Positions 17,601 through 29,852 are shown, counted from the first letter of the stretch. The stretch: 64,000 bases of DNA from Pedobacter sp. (GCA_050253415.1 JBFWJC010000001.1:1096679-1160678), one strand, 5' to 3'. Made by a program: numbers and translations. The notes: a model not told the origin generated them from the letters alone.

Positions 17601-17876
17601 GTGGCTAGATCAATTAAAAAAGGGCCGTATGTCGAAGAGAGCCTCCTTCGTAAAGTTGATCTCGAAGGTGGAGCCGGTTCCAAAAAAGTTATTAAGACCT
17701 GGTCTCGGCGATCGACTATTTTTCCTGAGTTTGTTGGATATACCTTCGCCGTCCATAATGGTAAAAAGTTTATCCCTGTTTTCGTAAGCGAAAACATGGT
17801 AGGGCATAAGCTCGGCGAATTCGCTCCTACGCGCACCTATTATGGTCATGGTGCAGATAAGAAGAGCAAAAGGTAA
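17601..17876 (+). CDS. rpsS: 30S ribosomal protein S19
   Basis: [20 protein letters not shown]. Confidence 0.98.
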   Translation: MARSIKKGPYVEESLLRKVDLEGGAGSKKVIKTWSRRSTIFPEFVGYTFAVHNGKKFIPVFVSENMVGHKLGEFAPTRTYYGHGADKKSKR

Positions 17877-17910
17877 GTGACAAGCGATTTCGCAAGAGGA
17901 GTTTCTATTC

Positions 17911-18243
17911 ATGGAAGCTAAGGCCAAGCTTAGGTATGTGCGTCTGTCGCCTCGTAAGACCAGACTTGTGGTCGATATGGTGCGCGGAAAAGGGGTTCAG
18001 GAGGCGCTTAATATTCTGAGGTTCTCGCCCCAGAAAGCGGCCAGCATCGTTTATCAGCTCGTCGGCTCGGCTGTGGCCAACGCCGAGCAAAAAGGCGTAG
18101 CTGACGTAGATCGGCTGTTTATTGAGAGTATAGCCGTTGATCAGGGGCCCGTGCTGAAGCGCTTTATGCCGCGTGCACAGGGACGAGCCACCCGGATCCG
18201 CAAACCGACCAGCCACATTACCGTGGTTCTGAACGAAAAATGA
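17911..18243 (+). CDS. rplV: 50S ribosomal protein L22
   Basis: SPRKTRLV; PRAQGRA. Confidence 0.98.
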   Translation: MEAKAKLRYVRLSPRKTRLVVDMVRGKGVQEALNILRFSPQKAASIVYQLVGSAVANAEQKGVADVDRLFIESIAVDQGPVLKRFMPRAQGRATRIRKPTSHITVVLNEK

Positions 18244-18261
18244 GTTTAAGGAGGTGATGGT

Positions 18262-18894
18262 TTGGGCCAGAAAGTACATCCAATTGGATTTCGACTGGGA
18301 GTCGTTAAGACCTGGAGCTCCCGGTGGTACGCTGAGGGGGAATACTCCCAGCTTCTGCACGAGGATATAAAGCTTCGTAATTATCTCAAAAAACGGCTTT
18401 ATCATGCCGGCGTCGCTAAGATTGAAATCGAGCGAGCAGCCAGCAAGGCTAAGATCAATGTTTTTGCTGCCAGACCGGGCATCATCATTGGCAAAAAAGG
18501 GGCTGAAGTTGAAGCCCTTAAAAAAGATCTGGCCCGGCTCACCGATAAAGAAGTTTTCATCAATATTCAGGAAGTACGCAAGCCTGAAATTGATGCTCAA
18601 CTTGTCGCCGAAAGTGTGGCGACCCAACTGGAGCGTCGTGTAGCTTTTCGTCGCGCTATGAAGAAAAGCGTAAGCATGGCTCTTAAGTTTGGCGCCCAGG
18701 GAATCAAGATCACTTGTAGTGGTCGTCTTGGTGGTGCAGAAATGAGCCGCACTGAGTGGTATCGCGAAGGGCGGGTTCCTCTGCATACCCTTAGAGCTGA
18801 TATTGATTATGGATTCGCCGAGGCCAAGACCACTTACGGGATCATCGGCGTTAAGGTTCTCATCTTCAAGGGCGAAGTCCTGTCGCAGGATTAA
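18262..18894 (+). CDS. rpsC: 30S ribosomal protein S3
   Basis: [29 protein letters not shown] start. Confidence 0.98.
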   Translation: MGQKVHPIGFRLGVVKTWSSRWYAEGEYSQLLHEDIKLRNYLKKRLYHAGVAKIEIERAASKAKINVFAARPGIIIGKKGAEVEALKKDLARLTDKEVFINIQEVRKPEIDAQLVAESVATQLERRVAFRRAMKKSVSMALKFGAQGIKITCSGRLGGAEMSRTEWYREGRVPLHTLRADIDYGFAEAKTTYGIIGVKVLIFKGEVLSQD

Positions 18895-18923
18895 CCAAGG
18901 GAACCGAATAGGAGTATTCTGCC

Positions 18924-19349
18924 ATGTTAATGCCCAAGAAGGTTAAACATAGAAAACAGTTCAAAGGCCGCATGAAGGGCGTTGCCTATCGCGGTAGTGA
19001 TCTCAATTTCGGGGATTTCGGACTCAAAGCGCTTGAGTGTGGGTGGCTGTCTTCCCGACAGATTGAATCTGCACGTCGCGCAATGACTCGGCACGTCAAG
19101 CGTGGTGGGAAAATTTGGATACGTATTTTCCCAGATAAATCTTTGACTAAGAAGCCTGCCGAAACCCGTATGGGTAAAGGTAAGGGGTCCCCTGATAGCT
19201 GGGTGGCTGTTATAAAGCCCGGCATGATTTTGTACGAGATGCAGGGTGTAGATAGAGAAGTGGCCTGCGAAGCATTGCGGCTGGCTGCTCATAAGCTCCC
19301 CATGAAGACCAAGATTGTAGTCAGGGAGGATGTGGCCAATGAAAGCTAG
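18924..19349 (+). CDS. rplP: 50S ribosomal protein L16
   Basis: [13 protein letters not shown]. Confidence 0.98.
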   Translation: MLMPKKVKHRKQFKGRMKGVAYRGSDLNFGDFGLKALECGWLSSRQIESARRAMTRHVKRGGKIWIRIFPDKSLTKKPAETRMGKGKGSPDSWVAVIKPGMILYEMQGVDREVACEALRLAAHKLPMKTKIVVREDVANES

Positions 19350-19527
19350 TGAGCTTCGTGACCTTACGGTTGAAGAATTGGAAAAAAAGGTGGAGGAACT
19401 GAATCAGGAGTTGTTTAACCTGAAGTTCCAATTGGCAACCGGGCAATTGGAAAATAGCGCCCGGCTTCCCCAGACGCGCAGGGATATTGCACGAGTTCAT
19501 ACCGTCCTGCGCCAAAAGCGAAGCTAA
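19339..19527 (+). CDS. rpmC: 50S ribosomal protein L29
   Basis: MKASELRDL...[19 protein letters not shown] 19339 after GGGAGG. Confidence 0.97.
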   Translation: MKASELRDLTVEELEKKVEELNQELFNLKFQLATGQLENSARLPQTRRDIARVHTVLRQKRS

Positions 19528-19550
19528 TCGGCACGGGGAGATAGATTTCA

Positions 19551-19817
19551 ATGAGTGAAATACGTGGCAATCGGAAAACCCGCGTCGGGGTTGTAGTTAG
19601 CGATAAGATGGATAAGACTGTTGTGGTCAAGGTTGACCAGATGGTTAAGCATCCCGTCTATAAAAAATACATCAAGCGGCGGATAACTTTTAAAGCCCAT
19701 GATGAAGAAAATCGCTGCAATGTAGGGGATAAGGTTTCTGTTGTGGAAACTCGTCCTCTGTCCCGGGACAAACGTTGGCGGGTGCGAGAAATCCTGGAAA
19801 AGAACGTAATCCTGTAG
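19551..19817 (+). CDS. rpsQ: 30S ribosomal protein S17
   Basis: [23 protein letters not shown]. Confidence 0.98.
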   Translation: MSEIRGNRKTRVGVVVSDKMDKTVVVKVDQMVKHPVYKKYIKRRITFKAHDEENRCNVGDKVSVVETRPLSRDKRWRVREILEKNVIL

Positions 19818-19829
19818 GAGATAACAGTC

Positions 19830-20198
19830 ATGATACAGATGCAGACGATGCTTGATGTAGCGGACAACTCTGGTGCGCGTAAACTCTGCTGCATCAAGGT
19901 TCTTGGTGGCTCCAAGCGGAAATATGCCGGCCTTGGTGATATCATCATCTGCTCCGTAAAGGAGGCCCTGCCCAACTCCCGTGTTAAGAAGGGTGATGTG
20001 GTAAGAGCTGTCATCGTTCGGACCGCTAAAGAAGTACCTCGTCCTGACGGGTCGGCGATCCGTTTCGATAAAAATTCCGCAGTGGTTGTCAACCAGGCCG
20101 GGGAACCTATCGGAACCCGAATTTTCGGTCCGGTTGCTCGGGAGTTACGAGCTCAGAGGTACATGAAGATTGTATCGCTGGCCCCCGAGGTACTTTAA
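19830..20198 (+). CDS. rplN: 50S ribosomal protein L14
   Basis: [19 protein letters not shown]. Confidence 0.99.
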   Translation: MIQMQTMLDVADNSGARKLCCIKVLGGSKRKYAGLGDIIICSVKEALPNSRVKKGDVVRAVIVRTAKEVPRPDGSAIRFDKNSAVVVNQAGEPIGTRIFGPVARELRAQRYMKIVSLAPEVL

Positions 20199-20220
20199 TC
20201 CGGAACTGGGAGTAAGATAA

Positions 20221-20550
20221 ATGGCAGCGAAGAAAATGCATGTCAAAAAAGATGACATGGTGATGATTATAGCGGGCAAGGACAAGGGCAAGACCGGTAA
20301 GGTCTTGCGTGTTCTGCCTGGTAAAGGACGCATTGTTGTGGAGAGTCTCAACGTTGTCAAACGGCATACGCGACCCAATCGTGTGAATACCCAAGGTGGT
20401 ATCGTCGAAAAGGAAGCTCCGCTTGATGCCTCCAATGTTGCACTCCTTTGCAGCGCCTGCAACAATCCCACGCGAACCGGCGTCAGGGTTCTCGAAGATG
20501 GGACCAAGACTCGGTTTTGCAAAAAGTGCAACGAGACCTTGGATAAGTAA
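20221..20550 (+). CDS. rplX: 50S ribosomal protein L24
   Basis: KOW motif IAGKDKGKTGKV. Confidence 0.97.
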   Translation: MAAKKMHVKKDDMVMIIAGKDKGKTGKVLRVLPGKGRIVVESLNVVKRHTRPNRVNTQGGIVEKEAPLDASNVALLCSACNNPTRTGVRVLEDGTKTRFCKKCNETLDK

Positions 20551-20562
20551 CGGAGGATTTCC

Positions 20563-21117
20563 ATGGGTGCCAGATTGAAGGAAGTGTTTACACAAGAACT
20601 TGCTCCCGCGTTGTTAAAGCGGCTAGAATTAAAAAATGTAATGGAAGTCCCCCGTGTCGAGAAAGTTGTATTGAACATGGGCCTGGGGGAAGCCATCCAG
20701 AATATCAAGGTTCTGGAGTCGGCTGTAGAAGAACTTACTCTTATCGGTGGGCAGAAGCCTGTAGTTACCAAGGCTAAAAAATCCATTGCGCAATTTAAGT
20801 TGCGTGAGGGGATGCCTATCGGATGTATGGTTACGTTGCGTCGCGACAAAGCGTATGAATTTCTTGATCGCTTGGTCAACGTTGCCCTGCCCCGTGTGCG
20901 CGATTTCAAAGGTGTTTCGAAAAAGGGCTTTGATGGCCGAGGAAATTACACTCTTGGTATTCGTGAGCAGCTTATTTTCCCGGAAATTGACCTCGAGAAG
21001 GTCGACAAGGTAAAAGGGCTGAATGTGACGATCGTTACCACGGCCAGAAATGATGAGGAAGGTTATGCTCTGATGGAATCCATCGGCATGCCGTTCCCTA
21101 AAAAAGCCCAAGACTAG
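20563..21117 (+). CDS. rplE: 50S ribosomal protein L5
   Basis: [20 protein letters not shown]. Confidence 0.98.
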   Translation: MGARLKEVFTQELAPALLKRLELKNVMEVPRVEKVVLNMGLGEAIQNIKVLESAVEELTLIGGQKPVVTKAKKSIAQFKLREGMPIGCMVTLRRDKAYEFLDRLVNVALPRVRDFKGVSKKGFDGRGNYTLGIREQLIFPEIDLEKVDKVKGLNVTIVTTARNDEEGYALMESIGMPFPKKAQD

Positions 21118-21128
21118 GGGAGGACGAC

Positions 21129-21314
21129 GTGGCAAAAAAATCGATGATGATCAAGGCTGCCCGGTCGAGCAAATTCAAGGTGCGGAAATATAACCGTTGT
21201 CCTTTGTGTGGGCGGCCGCGGGCCTATTATCGAAAGTTCGATATGTGCCGGATTTGCTTGCGCAAACTTGCGTTGGAAGGCAAGCTCCCCGGCGTGATTA
21301 AATCAAGCTGGTAA
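21129..21314 (+). CDS. rpsN: 30S ribosomal protein S14, zinc-binding (type Z)
   Basis: 61 aa; CPLCGR...CRIC. Confidence 0.97.
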   Translation: MAKKSMMIKAARSSKFKVRKYNRCPLCGRPRAYYRKFDMCRICLRKLALEGKLPGVIKSSW

Positions 21315-21334
21315 TTCAGTAAGGAGTTGCATTC

Positions 21335-21733
21335 ATGGCAATGACAGATCCTATAGCCGATATGCTTACTCGCATTCGTAATGCGGGACTGGCAAGGCAC
21401 CAGAAGTGCGATATGCCCTCTTCTAATCTCAAGTTGGCAATCGTTACCGTGCTCAAGGAACTCGGCTATGTCAGGAACTTTAAGGAGATCAGCGACGACA
21501 AACAAGGCGTGCTGCGGATCTATCTTAAGTTCGATAACGAAAATAACCACATCATTAACGCCATTGACCGCGTTTCTACCCCGGGTCGCCGGGTATACGT
21601 TGGGAAAGATGAAATTCCCGTTGTGAAAAACGGTCTTGGCAATGCCATCCTTTCAACTTCGAAGGGTGTTATGCACGACATTGCCGCTCGTGAAGCAGAA
21701 TTGGGTGGCGAAGTGTTGTGCTCTATCTGGTAG
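21335..21733 (+). CDS. rpsH: 30S ribosomal protein S8
   Basis: [22 protein letters not shown]. Confidence 0.98.
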   Translation: MAMTDPIADMLTRIRNAGLARHQKCDMPSSNLKLAIVTVLKELGYVRNFKEISDDKQGVLRIYLKFDNENNHIINAIDRVSTPGRRVYVGKDEIPVVKNGLGNAILSTSKGVMHDIAAREAELGGEVLCSIW

Positions 21734-21757
21734 AAGAAACGCCTAAGGAGCCAGAAA

Positions 21758-22297
21758 ATGTCTAGAATTGGGAAAAAACCCATCAATATTCCCAAGGGCG
21801 TTACGGTGTCTCAAGTCGGAGACACGGTCACCGTAAAGGGTCCTAAGGGGGAGTTGACAAAGACGATCGTTGCTGGGATACGTTTGGAAGCTGCTGATGA
21901 CCAGGTGTTGGTCCAGTGTGACAAGGAAGGGAAGCAGGAAGGGGCCTATCGTGGCCTTGTCCGAGCCCTTGTTGCCAATATGGTTGAAGGTGTCGCCAAC
22001 GGCTTTGAGCGTGTTCTTGAAATTAATGGCGTCGGCTATCGAGCCGAAGTCAAGGGTAGTGCATTAAATTTGGCCCTCGGGTATTCTCACCCGATCGAGT
22101 ATGCACTGCCTAAAGGGATCTCTGTCGAGGTTGAGAAGCAGACCAAGATAATCGTTCGTGGTATCGATAAGGAACTGCTTGGGGCTACTGCCGCCAAGAT
22201 TCGTTCCTTCCGTAAGCCTGAGCCGTACAAGGGCAAGGGCGTGAAGTATGCCGAGGAACGTATCCTGCGTAAAGCTGGTAAGACAGGGAAAAAATAA
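21758..22297 (+). CDS. rplF: 50S ribosomal protein L6
   Basis: [17 protein letters not shown]. Confidence 0.98.
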   Translation: MSRIGKKPINIPKGVTVSQVGDTVTVKGPKGELTKTIVAGIRLEAADDQVLVQCDKEGKQEGAYRGLVRALVANMVEGVANGFERVLEINGVGYRAEVKGSALNLALGYSHPIEYALPKGISVEVEKQTKIIVRGIDKELLGATAAKIRSFRKPEPYKGKGVKYAEERILRKAGKTGKK

Positions 22298-22323
22298 CGG
22301 ACCACAGGGCAAGGAGATAGACA

Positions 22324-22692
22324 GTGAACGCCGCATTGAAAAGACGCCAGGCGCGATTGAAGAGGCAGGTACGTGTTCGCCGAAAAGTGCGTGGCACGGC
22401 GGAAATGCCCAGATTGTGCGTTTTCCGCAGCGCCAAGCACATTTATGCGCAGATCATCGAAGACACCACCGGAAAGACTTTGGTCTCAGCCTCTACGGTT
22501 GCTGGTGATGTTGACGAAGCTCTGAAATATACTGGAAATATTGAGGCTGCCAAGGCTGTCGGCAAAGCCATCGCCCAGAAAGCCTTGGGCATGAACATCA
22601 AGAACGTCGTCTTCGACCGGAACGGATTCCTCTACCACGGGCGCGTTAAGACCCTGGCAGAAGCCGCCCGGGAAGCCGGTCTGTCTTTTTAG
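22324..22692 (+). CDS. rplR: 50S ribosomal protein L18
   Basis: [27 protein letters not shown]. Confidence 0.98.
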   Translation: MNAALKRRQARLKRQVRVRRKVRGTAEMPRLCVFRSAKHIYAQIIEDTTGKTLVSASTVAGDVDEALKYTGNIEAAKAVGKAIAQKALGMNIKNVVFDRNGFLYHGRVKTLAEAAREAGLSF

Positions 22693-22707
22693 TTAAGGAG
22701 GATATCT

Positions 22708-23199
22708 TTGCTTCGCATCGATCCCAATGAGTTGGAATTGACGGACCGGGTTGTACACATTAACAGGTGTGCCAAGGTGGTCAAGGGTGGACGGCGTTTC
22801 AGTTTTTCGGCGCTGGTTGTTGTCGGTGATGGTCAAGGCGTTGTCGGATTTGGGCATGGTAAAGCAAAAGAAGTGCCCGAGGCGATTCGCAAAGGCGTGG
22901 AACAGGCTAAAAAAAATCTGATTCGCGTTCCTTTGAAGGATCGGACCATACCTTTTGACGTTATCGGAAAATTTGGCGCAGGCCGGGTTTTGCTTAAACC
23001 TGCATCGGCAGGTACAGGCGTTATCGCTGGTGGAGCCGTACGTGCAGTTCTGGAAGTTTCCGGGGTTGGCGATATTTTGTCAAAGTGTATCGGTTCCAAT
23101 AATCCACACAATGTGGTTCGTGCGACCATGAACGCCTTATCTCGCCTCAAGAGTGCAGATGAGTTGCGGGCATTGCGCGGTGCCGATAACGAAGAATAA
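22708..23199 (+). CDS. rpsE: 30S ribosomal protein S5
   Basis: [22 protein letters not shown] start. Confidence 0.98.
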   Translation: MLRIDPNELELTDRVVHINRCAKVVKGGRRFSFSALVVVGDGQGVVGFGHGKAKEVPEAIRKGVEQAKKNLIRVPLKDRTIPFDVIGKFGAGRVLLKPASAGTGVIAGGAVRAVLEVSGVGDILSKCIGSNNPHNVVRATMNALSRLKSADELRALRGADNEE

Positions 23200-23222
23200 T
23201 GCCAGCCGACGAGGAGGGCTTC

Positions 23223-23402
23223 ATGGCCGGACAAATCAAGGTGACCCTGAAAAAGAGCGGCATCGGTCGCAAGGAATATTTTACAAAAGTTCTTAAAGGT
23301 CTTGGCCTGACCAAGCTCAATAAGACTGTGGTTCTCACTGATACTCCTGAGATCAGAGGTATGATCCGTAAGGTGTGCCACATGGTCGTGGTTGAAGACT
23401 GA
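23223..23402 (+). CDS. rpmD: 50S ribosomal protein L30
   Basis: [12 protein letters not shown]...GLGL...[11 protein letters not shown] 23223 after GAGGAGG. Confidence 0.95.
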   Translation: MAGQIKVTLKKSGIGRKEYFTKVLKGLGLTKLNKTVVLTDTPEIRGMIRKVCHMVVVED

Positions 23403-23421
23403 GAGAGCGAGGGATATAGGT

Positions 23422-23865
23422 ATGGATCTGAGTAATTTGCGGCCGGCTATCGGCTCAACAAAGAATCGGAAGCGCCTCGGACGTGGCCCTGGTTCCGGAA
23501 ATGGTAAAACCGCCGGTAAAGGTCATAAAGGGCAAAACGCTCGCAGTGGTGGCGGTGTAAAGCCCGGCTTTGAGGGCGGTCAGATGCCCCTTCAACGTCG
23601 TTTGCCTAAGCGAGGTTTTAAATCTTTGAACAAGAAGGTTTATGCTCTCGTTAATCTTCGCGACCTGCAGGAGCTGTTTGAAGCCGGCAGTGTGGTGGAT
23701 ATTGAAGCCTTTGGTCAAAATGGTCTTGTAAACAAGATCTATGATGGCATTAAGGTTCTTGGCGATGGTGACCTGAATAAGGCGCTGACTGTCAAGGCTC
23801 ATAAGTTCAGTCAATCTGCCGTTGCTAAGATAGAAGCGGCTGGCGGGAAAGCTGAGGTCATTTAA
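23422..23865 (+). CDS. rplO: 50S ribosomal protein L15
   Basis: [27 protein letters not shown]. Confidence 0.98.
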   Translation: MDLSNLRPAIGSTKNRKRLGRGPGSGNGKTAGKGHKGQNARSGGGVKPGFEGGQMPLQRRLPKRGFKSLNKKVYALVNLRDLQELFEAGSVVDIEAFGQNGLVNKIYDGIKVLGDGDLNKALTVKAHKFSQSAVAKIEAAGGKAEVI

Positions 23866-23866
23866 A

Positions 23867-25174
23867 TTGTTCAAGCGCATCCAGAATATCTTCAGTATCC
23901 CCGAGCTTCGTCGTCGGATTCTTTTTACGCTCGGGATGTTAGCGGTTTATCGCATCGGGTGTCATGTACCGATTCCTGGGATTAATGGTGATGTGCTTGC
24001 AGAATTCTTTCAGAAAACCGAAGGTACTCTCCTGGGAATGGTGAGTGCCTTTACTGGTGGGGCATTGGAGCGCATGACTGTTTTTGCGCTCGGAATCATG
24101 CCGTATATCAGTGCCTCCATCATTCTGCAATTGCTTGGTGTTGTTTTTGAACCGGTTGAGCGTCTCTCTAAAGAGGGCGAGCAAGGGCGGAAGACCATCA
24201 CCAAGTGGACGCGTTATGGCACCATTGTTCTGTCGATTGTGCAGGGAACTGGCATTGCAGTAGGACTGCAGTCCATGACCGTGGGCCAGGCTTCGGTAGT
24301 ATCTCATCCCGGTGTTGGTTTCATTCTGTTGACAGTCATCACCCTTACATCAGGTACAGCATTCATCATGTGGGTTGGTGAGCAGATTACCGAGCGTGGT
24401 ATCGGTAATGGAATTTCGCTGATTATCTTTGCCGGGATTATCGCGAATATGCCTGCTGCGTTGCTTAATACGGTGAAATTGGCCAATGCTGGTGCTTTGA
24501 GTCCAGCAAAAGTCTTATTCCTGTTAGTGGTGATTATCGCTACGGTTTGGGCCATTGTATTTATGGAGCTTGCTCAGCGACGGTTACCTATTCATTATGC
24601 TAAACGCGTAGTTGGTATGCGGAATTACGGGGGGCAAAAAAGTCATCTCCCCCTTAAAATCAATATGAGCGGGGTCATCCCGCCCATATTTGCCAGTTCA
24701 ATTATCATGTTCCCCGCAACGGTGGCTAATCTGATAAATATCCCTTGGGTTCAGACGGCCGCAGGTTGGATGGCACCGGGGAATTTGATTTATTATGTCT
24801 TTTATGTTGCATTTATCATCTTCTTCTGCTACTTCTACACGGCTGTTACCTTTAACCCTGTCGATGTGGCCGATAACGTCAAAAAACAGGGTGGGTACAT
24901 TCCTGGCATAAGGCCCGGTAAGGCAACATCCGATTATATCGATACAGTGCTTGGGCGTTTGACCTTTGCTGGTGCTGCCTATGTGTCCGCTGTATGCGTG
25001 TTGCCAACTTTGTTGGTTGCCGGCATGAATGTTCCATTTTTCTTTGGTGGAACGTCTCTGCTGATCGTGGTCGGGGTCGGCTTGGATACGGCATCGCAAG
25101 TAGAGGCGCATCTTATCTCGCGTTCCTATGAAGGTTTTATGAAGGGTGTCACCTTGCGAGGGCGGCACGGTTGA
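23867..25174 (+). CDS. secY: Preprotein translocase subunit SecY
   Basis: [30 protein letters not shown]. Confidence 0.98.
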   Translation: MFKRIQNIFSIPELRRRILFTLGMLAVYRIGCHVPIPGINGDVLAEFFQKTEGTLLGMVSAFTGGALERMTVFALGIMPYISASIILQLLGVVFEPVERLSKEGEQGRKTITKWTRYGTIVLSIVQGTGIAVGLQSMTVGQASVVSHPGVGFILLTVITLTSGTAFIMWVGEQITERGIGNGISLIIFAGIIANMPAALLNTVKLANAGALSPAKVLFLLVVIIATVWAIVFMELAQRRLPIHYAKRVVGMRNYGGQKSHLPLKINMSGVIPPIFASSIIMFPATVANLINIPWVQTAAGWMAPGNLIYYVFYVAFIIFFCYFYTAVTFNPVDVADNVKKQGGYIPGIRPGKATSDYIDTVLGRLTFAGAAYVSAVCVLPTLLVAGMNVPFFFGGTSLLIVVGVGLDTASQVEAHLISRSYEGFMKGVTLRGRHG

Positions 25175-25190
25175 AATGTGTGAGGTAAAA

Positions 25191-25841
25191 ATGAAGATGA
25201 TTCTATTGGGACCTCCTGGGTCTGGTAAGGGTACGCAAGCCAAAATGCTTTCTGAGCGTCTTGGGATCCCGCAGATATCGACGGGTGATATGCTGCGTTC
25301 CGCCGTTAAAGAAGGGACCCCTATGGGACTCAAAGCCAAGGCTGAAATGGAAGCCGGTGGTTTGGTTCCCGATGAGGTGGTCGTAGGCATAGTCAAAGAG
25401 AGACTGCTTAAGACTGATTGTGTTAAAGGATTCATCTTGGATGGATTCCCGCGTACCATTCCTCAGGCTGACGCGTTAAAGCAGACCTTGGCGGACCTGG
25501 AGAAAGATCTCGATGCGGTGATCTCTCTTCAAGTTGACAACGATGCTATTGTCGGTCGAATCGCCGGTCGGCGCACCTGCCGTGATTGCGGTAAGATGTA
25601 TCATGTTGTATTTGATGCTCCGACTGTTGAAGGTCGCTGTGATAAGTGTGGCGGTGAACTGTTCCAGCGTGATGACGATCAGGAAGAAACGATACGCAAG
25701 CGACTTGAGGTCTATGCTGAACAAACAGCTCCGCTGATCGCATATTATCGAGAGGGCGGGGTTCTTTCCGATGTTGACGGTATGGCTGAAATGGCTGCTG
25801 TTCAGGAGCAAATCCTTACCGTGTTGGGCTGTGGACAGTGA
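25191..25841 (+). CDS. adk: Adenylate kinase with Zn-binding LID
   Basis: GPPGSGKGTQ; LDGFPRT; CRDC...CDKC; ATG 25191 after GAGGT. Confidence 0.97.
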   Translation: MKMILLGPPGSGKGTQAKMLSERLGIPQISTGDMLRSAVKEGTPMGLKAKAEMEAGGLVPDEVVVGIVKERLLKTDCVKGFILDGFPRTIPQADALKQTLADLEKDLDAVISLQVDNDAIVGRIAGRRTCRDCGKMYHVVFDAPTVEGRCDKCGGELFQRDDDQEETIRKRLEVYAEQTAPLIAYYREGGVLSDVDGMAEMAAVQEQILTVLGCGQ

Positions 25842-26584
25842 TCGTGATCAAGAGCAAAGATGAGCTCCTTCGCATGCGCGAAGCTGGGCGAATCGTTGCT
25901 GAGATACTCGCGTTACTTAAGGATAAAATTGCTCCGGGTGTGACAACGCTGGAGCTTGATTCTATCGCAGAGCGTGAGTGTAAAAGAAGAGGTGCCAAGC
26001 CTGCCTTTAAAGGGTATGGAGGGTTTCCTTTCAGCATTTGTGCTTCACCGGAAGATAGAGTTGTTCATGGGTTTCCCAATGATCGGCCTTTGGCCGAAGG
26101 GGAAATATTGAGCATTGATTTCGGTGTTGTATTCAAGGGTTTTTACGGCGACTCCGCTGTGACTTTACCGGTCGGAGAGATAAGTTCCGAAAAGCAGAGA
26201 CTGCTTGATGTTACCCGGAAGTCATTGGAGTTGGGCATCGAGCAGGCAAGAGTGAATAATCGACTGTTCGATATTTCTCACGCGATACAGAGTCATGTTG
26301 AAAAATGTGGTTTTAGTGTTGTGAAGGAATTCGTCGGGCATGGTATCGGGCGAGGTCTGCACGAGGACCCGCAGGTGCCAAACTTTGGGCCTCCAGGTCA
26401 GGGGCCCTTGCTACGTAGCGGGATGGTTTTGGCTATTGAGCCCATGATAAACATCGGCACTGCTGGTGTTAAGGTCTTGGGAGATGGATGGACGGCGGTT
26501 ACCCTGGATAGTAAGCCGTCGGCGCATTTTGAGCACACTGTGGCGATCACCGATGAAGGACCGTTAGTGCTGACCGCCATCTAG
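25838..26584 (+). CDS. map: Methionine aminopeptidase type I
   Basis: GHGIG, HEDPQV, AIEPM and AHFEHT motifs. Confidence 0.97.
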   Translation: MIVIKSKDELLRMREAGRIVAEILALLKDKIAPGVTTLELDSIAERECKRRGAKPAFKGYGGFPFSICASPEDRVVHGFPNDRPLAEGEILSIDFGVVFKGFYGDSAVTLPVGEISSEKQRLLDVTRKSLELGIEQARVNNRLFDISHAIQSHVEKCGFSVVKEFVGHGIGRGLHEDPQVPNFGPPGQGPLLRSGMVLAIEPMINIGTAGVKVLGDGWTAVTLDSKPSAHFEHTVAITDEGPLVLTAI

Positions 26585-26673
26585 TTATTGAAAGAAAGAG
26601 AAGGGGTCGGTCGGTTTATAGACTTTTGCGGCCTTTTCGGATTAACAGGCATCGTACACAAAAGGGATGATCA

Positions 26674-26787
26674 ATGAAAGTTCGAGCTTCGGTCAAGCCG
26701 ATTTGTTCCAAGTGTAAAGTGGTCAAACGCAAGGGAATTGTCAGGATCATCTGCGAAAACCCTAAGCATAAGCAGAAACAGGGATAA
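26674..26787 (+). CDS. rpmJ: 50S ribosomal protein L36 (below the ORF-track cutoff)
   Basis: Manual translation [37 protein letters not shown]. Confidence 0.97.
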   Translation: MKVRASVKPICSKCKVVKRKGIVRIICENPKHKQKQG

Positions 26788-26808
26788 AGGGATCAGGAGG
26801 ATACTACA

Positions 26809-27177
26809 TTGGCACGAATCGCTGGTATCGATTTACCTAGAAACAAGAGGACCGAGATAGCGCTTACCTATATTTACGGCATTGGCCGCTCCTCGTCCCA
26901 AGACATTTTGAAGAAAGCCGGTGTTGATCCTAACACCCGCACTGACGATTTGACTGAAGCGGAGGCAGGTAAAATTCGTGACGTTATTGATGGTCAGTAT
27001 CAGGTCGAAGGGGACTTGCGTCGCACCGTAACCGGAAACATTAAACGGTTGATGGATCTCGGATGTTATCGCGGTCTGCGCCACCGGCGCGGTCTTCCCG
27101 TTAGAGGTCAGAAAACAAAAACCAATGCGCGTACGCGTAAAGGGCCGCGGAAAACTGTCGCCGGTAAGCGTAAGTAA
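26809..27177 (+). CDS. rpsM: 30S ribosomal protein S13
   Basis: [26 protein letters not shown] start. Confidence 0.98.
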   Translation: MARIAGIDLPRNKRTEIALTYIYGIGRSSSQDILKKAGVDPNTRTDDLTEAEAGKIRDVIDGQYQVEGDLRRTVTGNIKRLMDLGCYRGLRHRRGLPVRGQKTKTNARTRKGPRKTVAGKRK

Positions 27178-27188
27178 GGGGAGGAACC

Positions 27189-27584
27189 ATGGCTAAGGGC
27201 AACAAAAGAGTAGTACGTAAGAAGGTCGAGAAAAAGAATATAGCCAATGGTATCGCCCATATTCAGGCGACCTTTAACAACACCATTGTCACTATTACCG
27301 ACGTTGCAGGTAACGTAATTTCATGGTCCACTTGCGGTACCATGAACTTCAAGGGCTCACGTAAAAGTACTCCGTTTGCTGCGCAGATCGCAGCTGAGGA
27401 TGCCGCTAAAAAAGCTATGGAGCACGGTTTGCGTTCTGTGGAAGTTCGCGTAAAGGGTCCCGGTTCCGGTCGGGAGTCAGCTTTGCGGGCTCTTTCTTCG
27501 GTAGGCCTGAACATCAGCGTGATCAAGGACGTTACACCTATTCCCCATAATGGCTGTCGTCCGCCTAAGCGCAGAAGAGTTTAA
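27189..27584 (+). CDS. rpsK: 30S ribosomal protein S11
   Basis: [21 protein letters not shown]. Confidence 0.98.
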   Translation: MAKGNKRVVRKKVEKKNIANGIAHIQATFNNTIVTITDVAGNVISWSTCGTMNFKGSRKSTPFAAQIAAEDAAKKAMEHGLRSVEVRVKGPGSGRESALRALSSVGLNISVIKDVTPIPHNGCRPPKRRRV

Positions 27585-27604
27585 ACAAACAAGGAGGATG
27601 AACG

Positions 27605-28234
27605 TTGGCTAGATATTCTGGGCCTGTCTGCCGTCTGTGCAGAAGAGAAAATATGAAGCTGTTCCTCAAGGGGGACAGGTGTTATACAGATAAATGCGCT
27701 GTGGAAAGGCGTAACTATCCGCCTGGACAGCATGGTCAGGGTCGCATTAAGGCCTCCGATTATGGTACCCAGTTGCGTGAAAAGCAGCGTATGAAACGTA
27801 CCTACGGTTTGCTTGAAAAGCAATTCCGTGGATACTTTGATAAAGCTGACCATCAGAAAGGTGTGACCGGCGAAAACCTGCTGGTTTTGCTCGAGCGCCG
27901 TCTGGACAGTGTTGTTTACCGCCTTGGTTTTGCCAGCTCTCGTGCGGAAGCACGTGCACTGGTTCGGCAGGGACATTTCTTGGTTAACGGCCGTAAGGTG
28001 AATATCCCCTCTTACGTTATGCGTCCCAGCGATGTGGTTGAACTGCGCGAGAAGAGCCGCAAAGTTGCTCGGATCAACGAAGCATTGGATAGTGTGATGC
28101 GTCGTGGGCTGCTTTCTTGGGTAGAACTTGATCGTGAAGCCTTTAAAGGTAGCCTCAAGACTCTGCCGGTGCGCGAGGAAATGACCACGCCCGCCTTCCA
28201 GGAGCAGCTGATCGTCGAGCTGTATTCCAAGTAA
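27605..28234 (+). CDS. rpsD: 30S ribosomal protein S4
   Basis: [25 protein letters not shown] start. Confidence 0.98.
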   Translation: MARYSGPVCRLCRRENMKLFLKGDRCYTDKCAVERRNYPPGQHGQGRIKASDYGTQLREKQRMKRTYGLLEKQFRGYFDKADHQKGVTGENLLVLLERRLDSVVYRLGFASSRAEARALVRQGHFLVNGRKVNIPSYVMRPSDVVELREKSRKVARINEALDSVMRRGLLSWVELDREAFKGSLKTLPVREEMTTPAFQEQLIVELYSK

Positions 28235-28276
28235 CAGTCACTTGTGGTTGCAGCTACCTCATCATGGAGGATGTGA

Positions 28277-29293
28277 ATGTACAAAAACTGGAGAGACCTG
28301 ATCAAGCCTAAGCGCCTCCAGGTTGATGCGGACTCCTTGTCAGGCACCTATGGCAAGTTCATGGCCGAGCCGTTTGAGCGAGGGTTCGGGACCACCTTGG
28401 GTAATTCGTTACGGCGCGTGCTGTTGTCTTCATTGCAGGGTGCAGCTATTACCTCGGTGCGAGTCAAGGGGGTGTTGCATGAATTCTCAAATATCCCCGG
28501 CGTTACTGAGGATGTAACAGATATTATTCTGAACCTCAAGGGGGTACTGCTCAAACTGCATGGTTCTGACAGTCGCAACATTCGGATCGTGAAGAAGGGC
28601 GCAGGCGTTATTACTGCCGGCGACATCATCACGGATTCTCATGTGGACGTACTCAACCCTGACCATCACGTCTTGACCTGTGGAAAAGATGCGGACCTTG
28701 AGATAGATATGGTTGTTGCTATGGGCAAGGGTTATGTGCCTGCTGACCGCAACAGAGATGACAAGGCGCCTGTGGGGACGATCCCTATCGACGCGCTCTT
28801 CTCACCCATCAAAAAGGTTAACTTCACGGTTACGAATGCGCGTGTCGGGCAGATTACCGACTTTGACAAGCTCATTCTTGAGGTTGCTACTGACGGCAGC
28901 GTTCGTCCCGACGATGCAGTTGCATATGCAGCTAAAATTCTGAAACAACAATTGCAGATCTTCATCAATTTCGATGAGGAGACTGAAACTGTCGTTGAGG
29001 AAGAGAGCGAAGAGAGCCGGAAAATTAACGAAAATCTGTATCGCTCGGTAGAAGAGTTGGAACTGTCCGTGAGAAGTGCCAACTGTCTTAAGAACGCTAA
29101 TATTCATCTTATCGGCGATCTTGTGCAGCGGTCCGAAGCTGAAATGCTGAAGACTCAGAATTTCGGGCGGAAATCTTTGAACGAGATTAAGGATATCCTG
29201 GCTGAGATGGGGCTTTCTCTTGGAATGCTAATCGATAATTTTCCAGATCCTGAGTATCTTAAGATGATTCAGGAAGGGAAAGAGGACCTCTGA
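28277..29293 (+). CDS. rpoA: RNA polymerase alpha subunit
   Basis: [33 protein letters not shown]. Confidence 0.99.
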   Translation: MYKNWRDLIKPKRLQVDADSLSGTYGKFMAEPFERGFGTTLGNSLRRVLLSSLQGAAITSVRVKGVLHEFSNIPGVTEDVTDIILNLKGVLLKLHGSDSRNIRIVKKGAGVITAGDIITDSHVDVLNPDHHVLTCGKDADLEIDMVVAMGKGYVPADRNRDDKAPVGTIPIDALFSPIKKVNFTVTNARVGQITDFDKLILEVATDGSVRPDDAVAYAAKILKQQLQIFINFDEETETVVEEESEESRKINENLYRSVEELELSVRSANCLKNANIHLIGDLVQRSEAEMLKTQNFGRKSLNEIKDILAEMGLSLGMLIDNFPDPEYLKMIQEGKEDL

Positions 29294-29334
29294 CGGCCAA
29301 GGTCACGTTTTCATAAAGAAAGGACCGTTGTATC

Positions 29335-29817
29335 ATGCGTCACAATAAATCCGGGAGAAAGCTCGGGCGCAATTCCAGTCATCGCGCGGCTATGATGCGC
29401 AATATGGTGACTTCCCTGCTCGAGCATGAAAAGATGACAACTACCGATGCGCGGGCCAAGGAGCTTCGCAAGGTTGTTGATCGTATGATTACCCTTGGCA
29501 AACGAGGCGATCTGCATGCCCGTCGTCAGGCGATCAAGGTTATTCGCGATCGTAAAGTTGTCGGAAAACTTTTTGAGCTGATCGGTCCCCGCTACAAGGA
29601 CCGTCCTGGTGGGTATACTCGTATCATCAAACTGGCCAATCGTCTTGGGGACAACGCGTCTCAAGTTATCATTGAGCTTGTTGAGGAAGAATTCACCCCT
29701 CGGGTTCGAAAAGAAGCCGTTAAAGAGGTTGCTGTTGAATCTACTGTTGCTGAAGTAACCGTTGAGGAAACTCCGGAAGCGGTTGAAGTTGCTTCAGATG
29801 CGGATCAAGCTGAATAA
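29335..29817 (+). CDS. rplQ: 50S ribosomal protein L17 with acidic C-terminal extension
   Basis: [22 protein letters not shown]. Confidence 0.98.
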   Translation: MRHNKSGRKLGRNSSHRAAMMRNMVTSLLEHEKMTTTDARAKELRKVVDRMITLGKRGDLHARRQAIKVIRDRKVVGKLFELIGPRYKDRPGGYTRIIKLANRLGDNASQVIIELVEEEFTPRVRKEAVKEVAVESTVAEVTVEETPEAVEVASDADQAE

Positions 29818-29852
29818 GGGATATCGGGGTAACCGGTAGACTTTTGAAATAG

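Noticed and set aside
23199..23222. Longer rpmD start overlapping the rpsE stop (TAATG)
   Set aside because: SD GAGGAGG and normal L30 length favour ATG 23223
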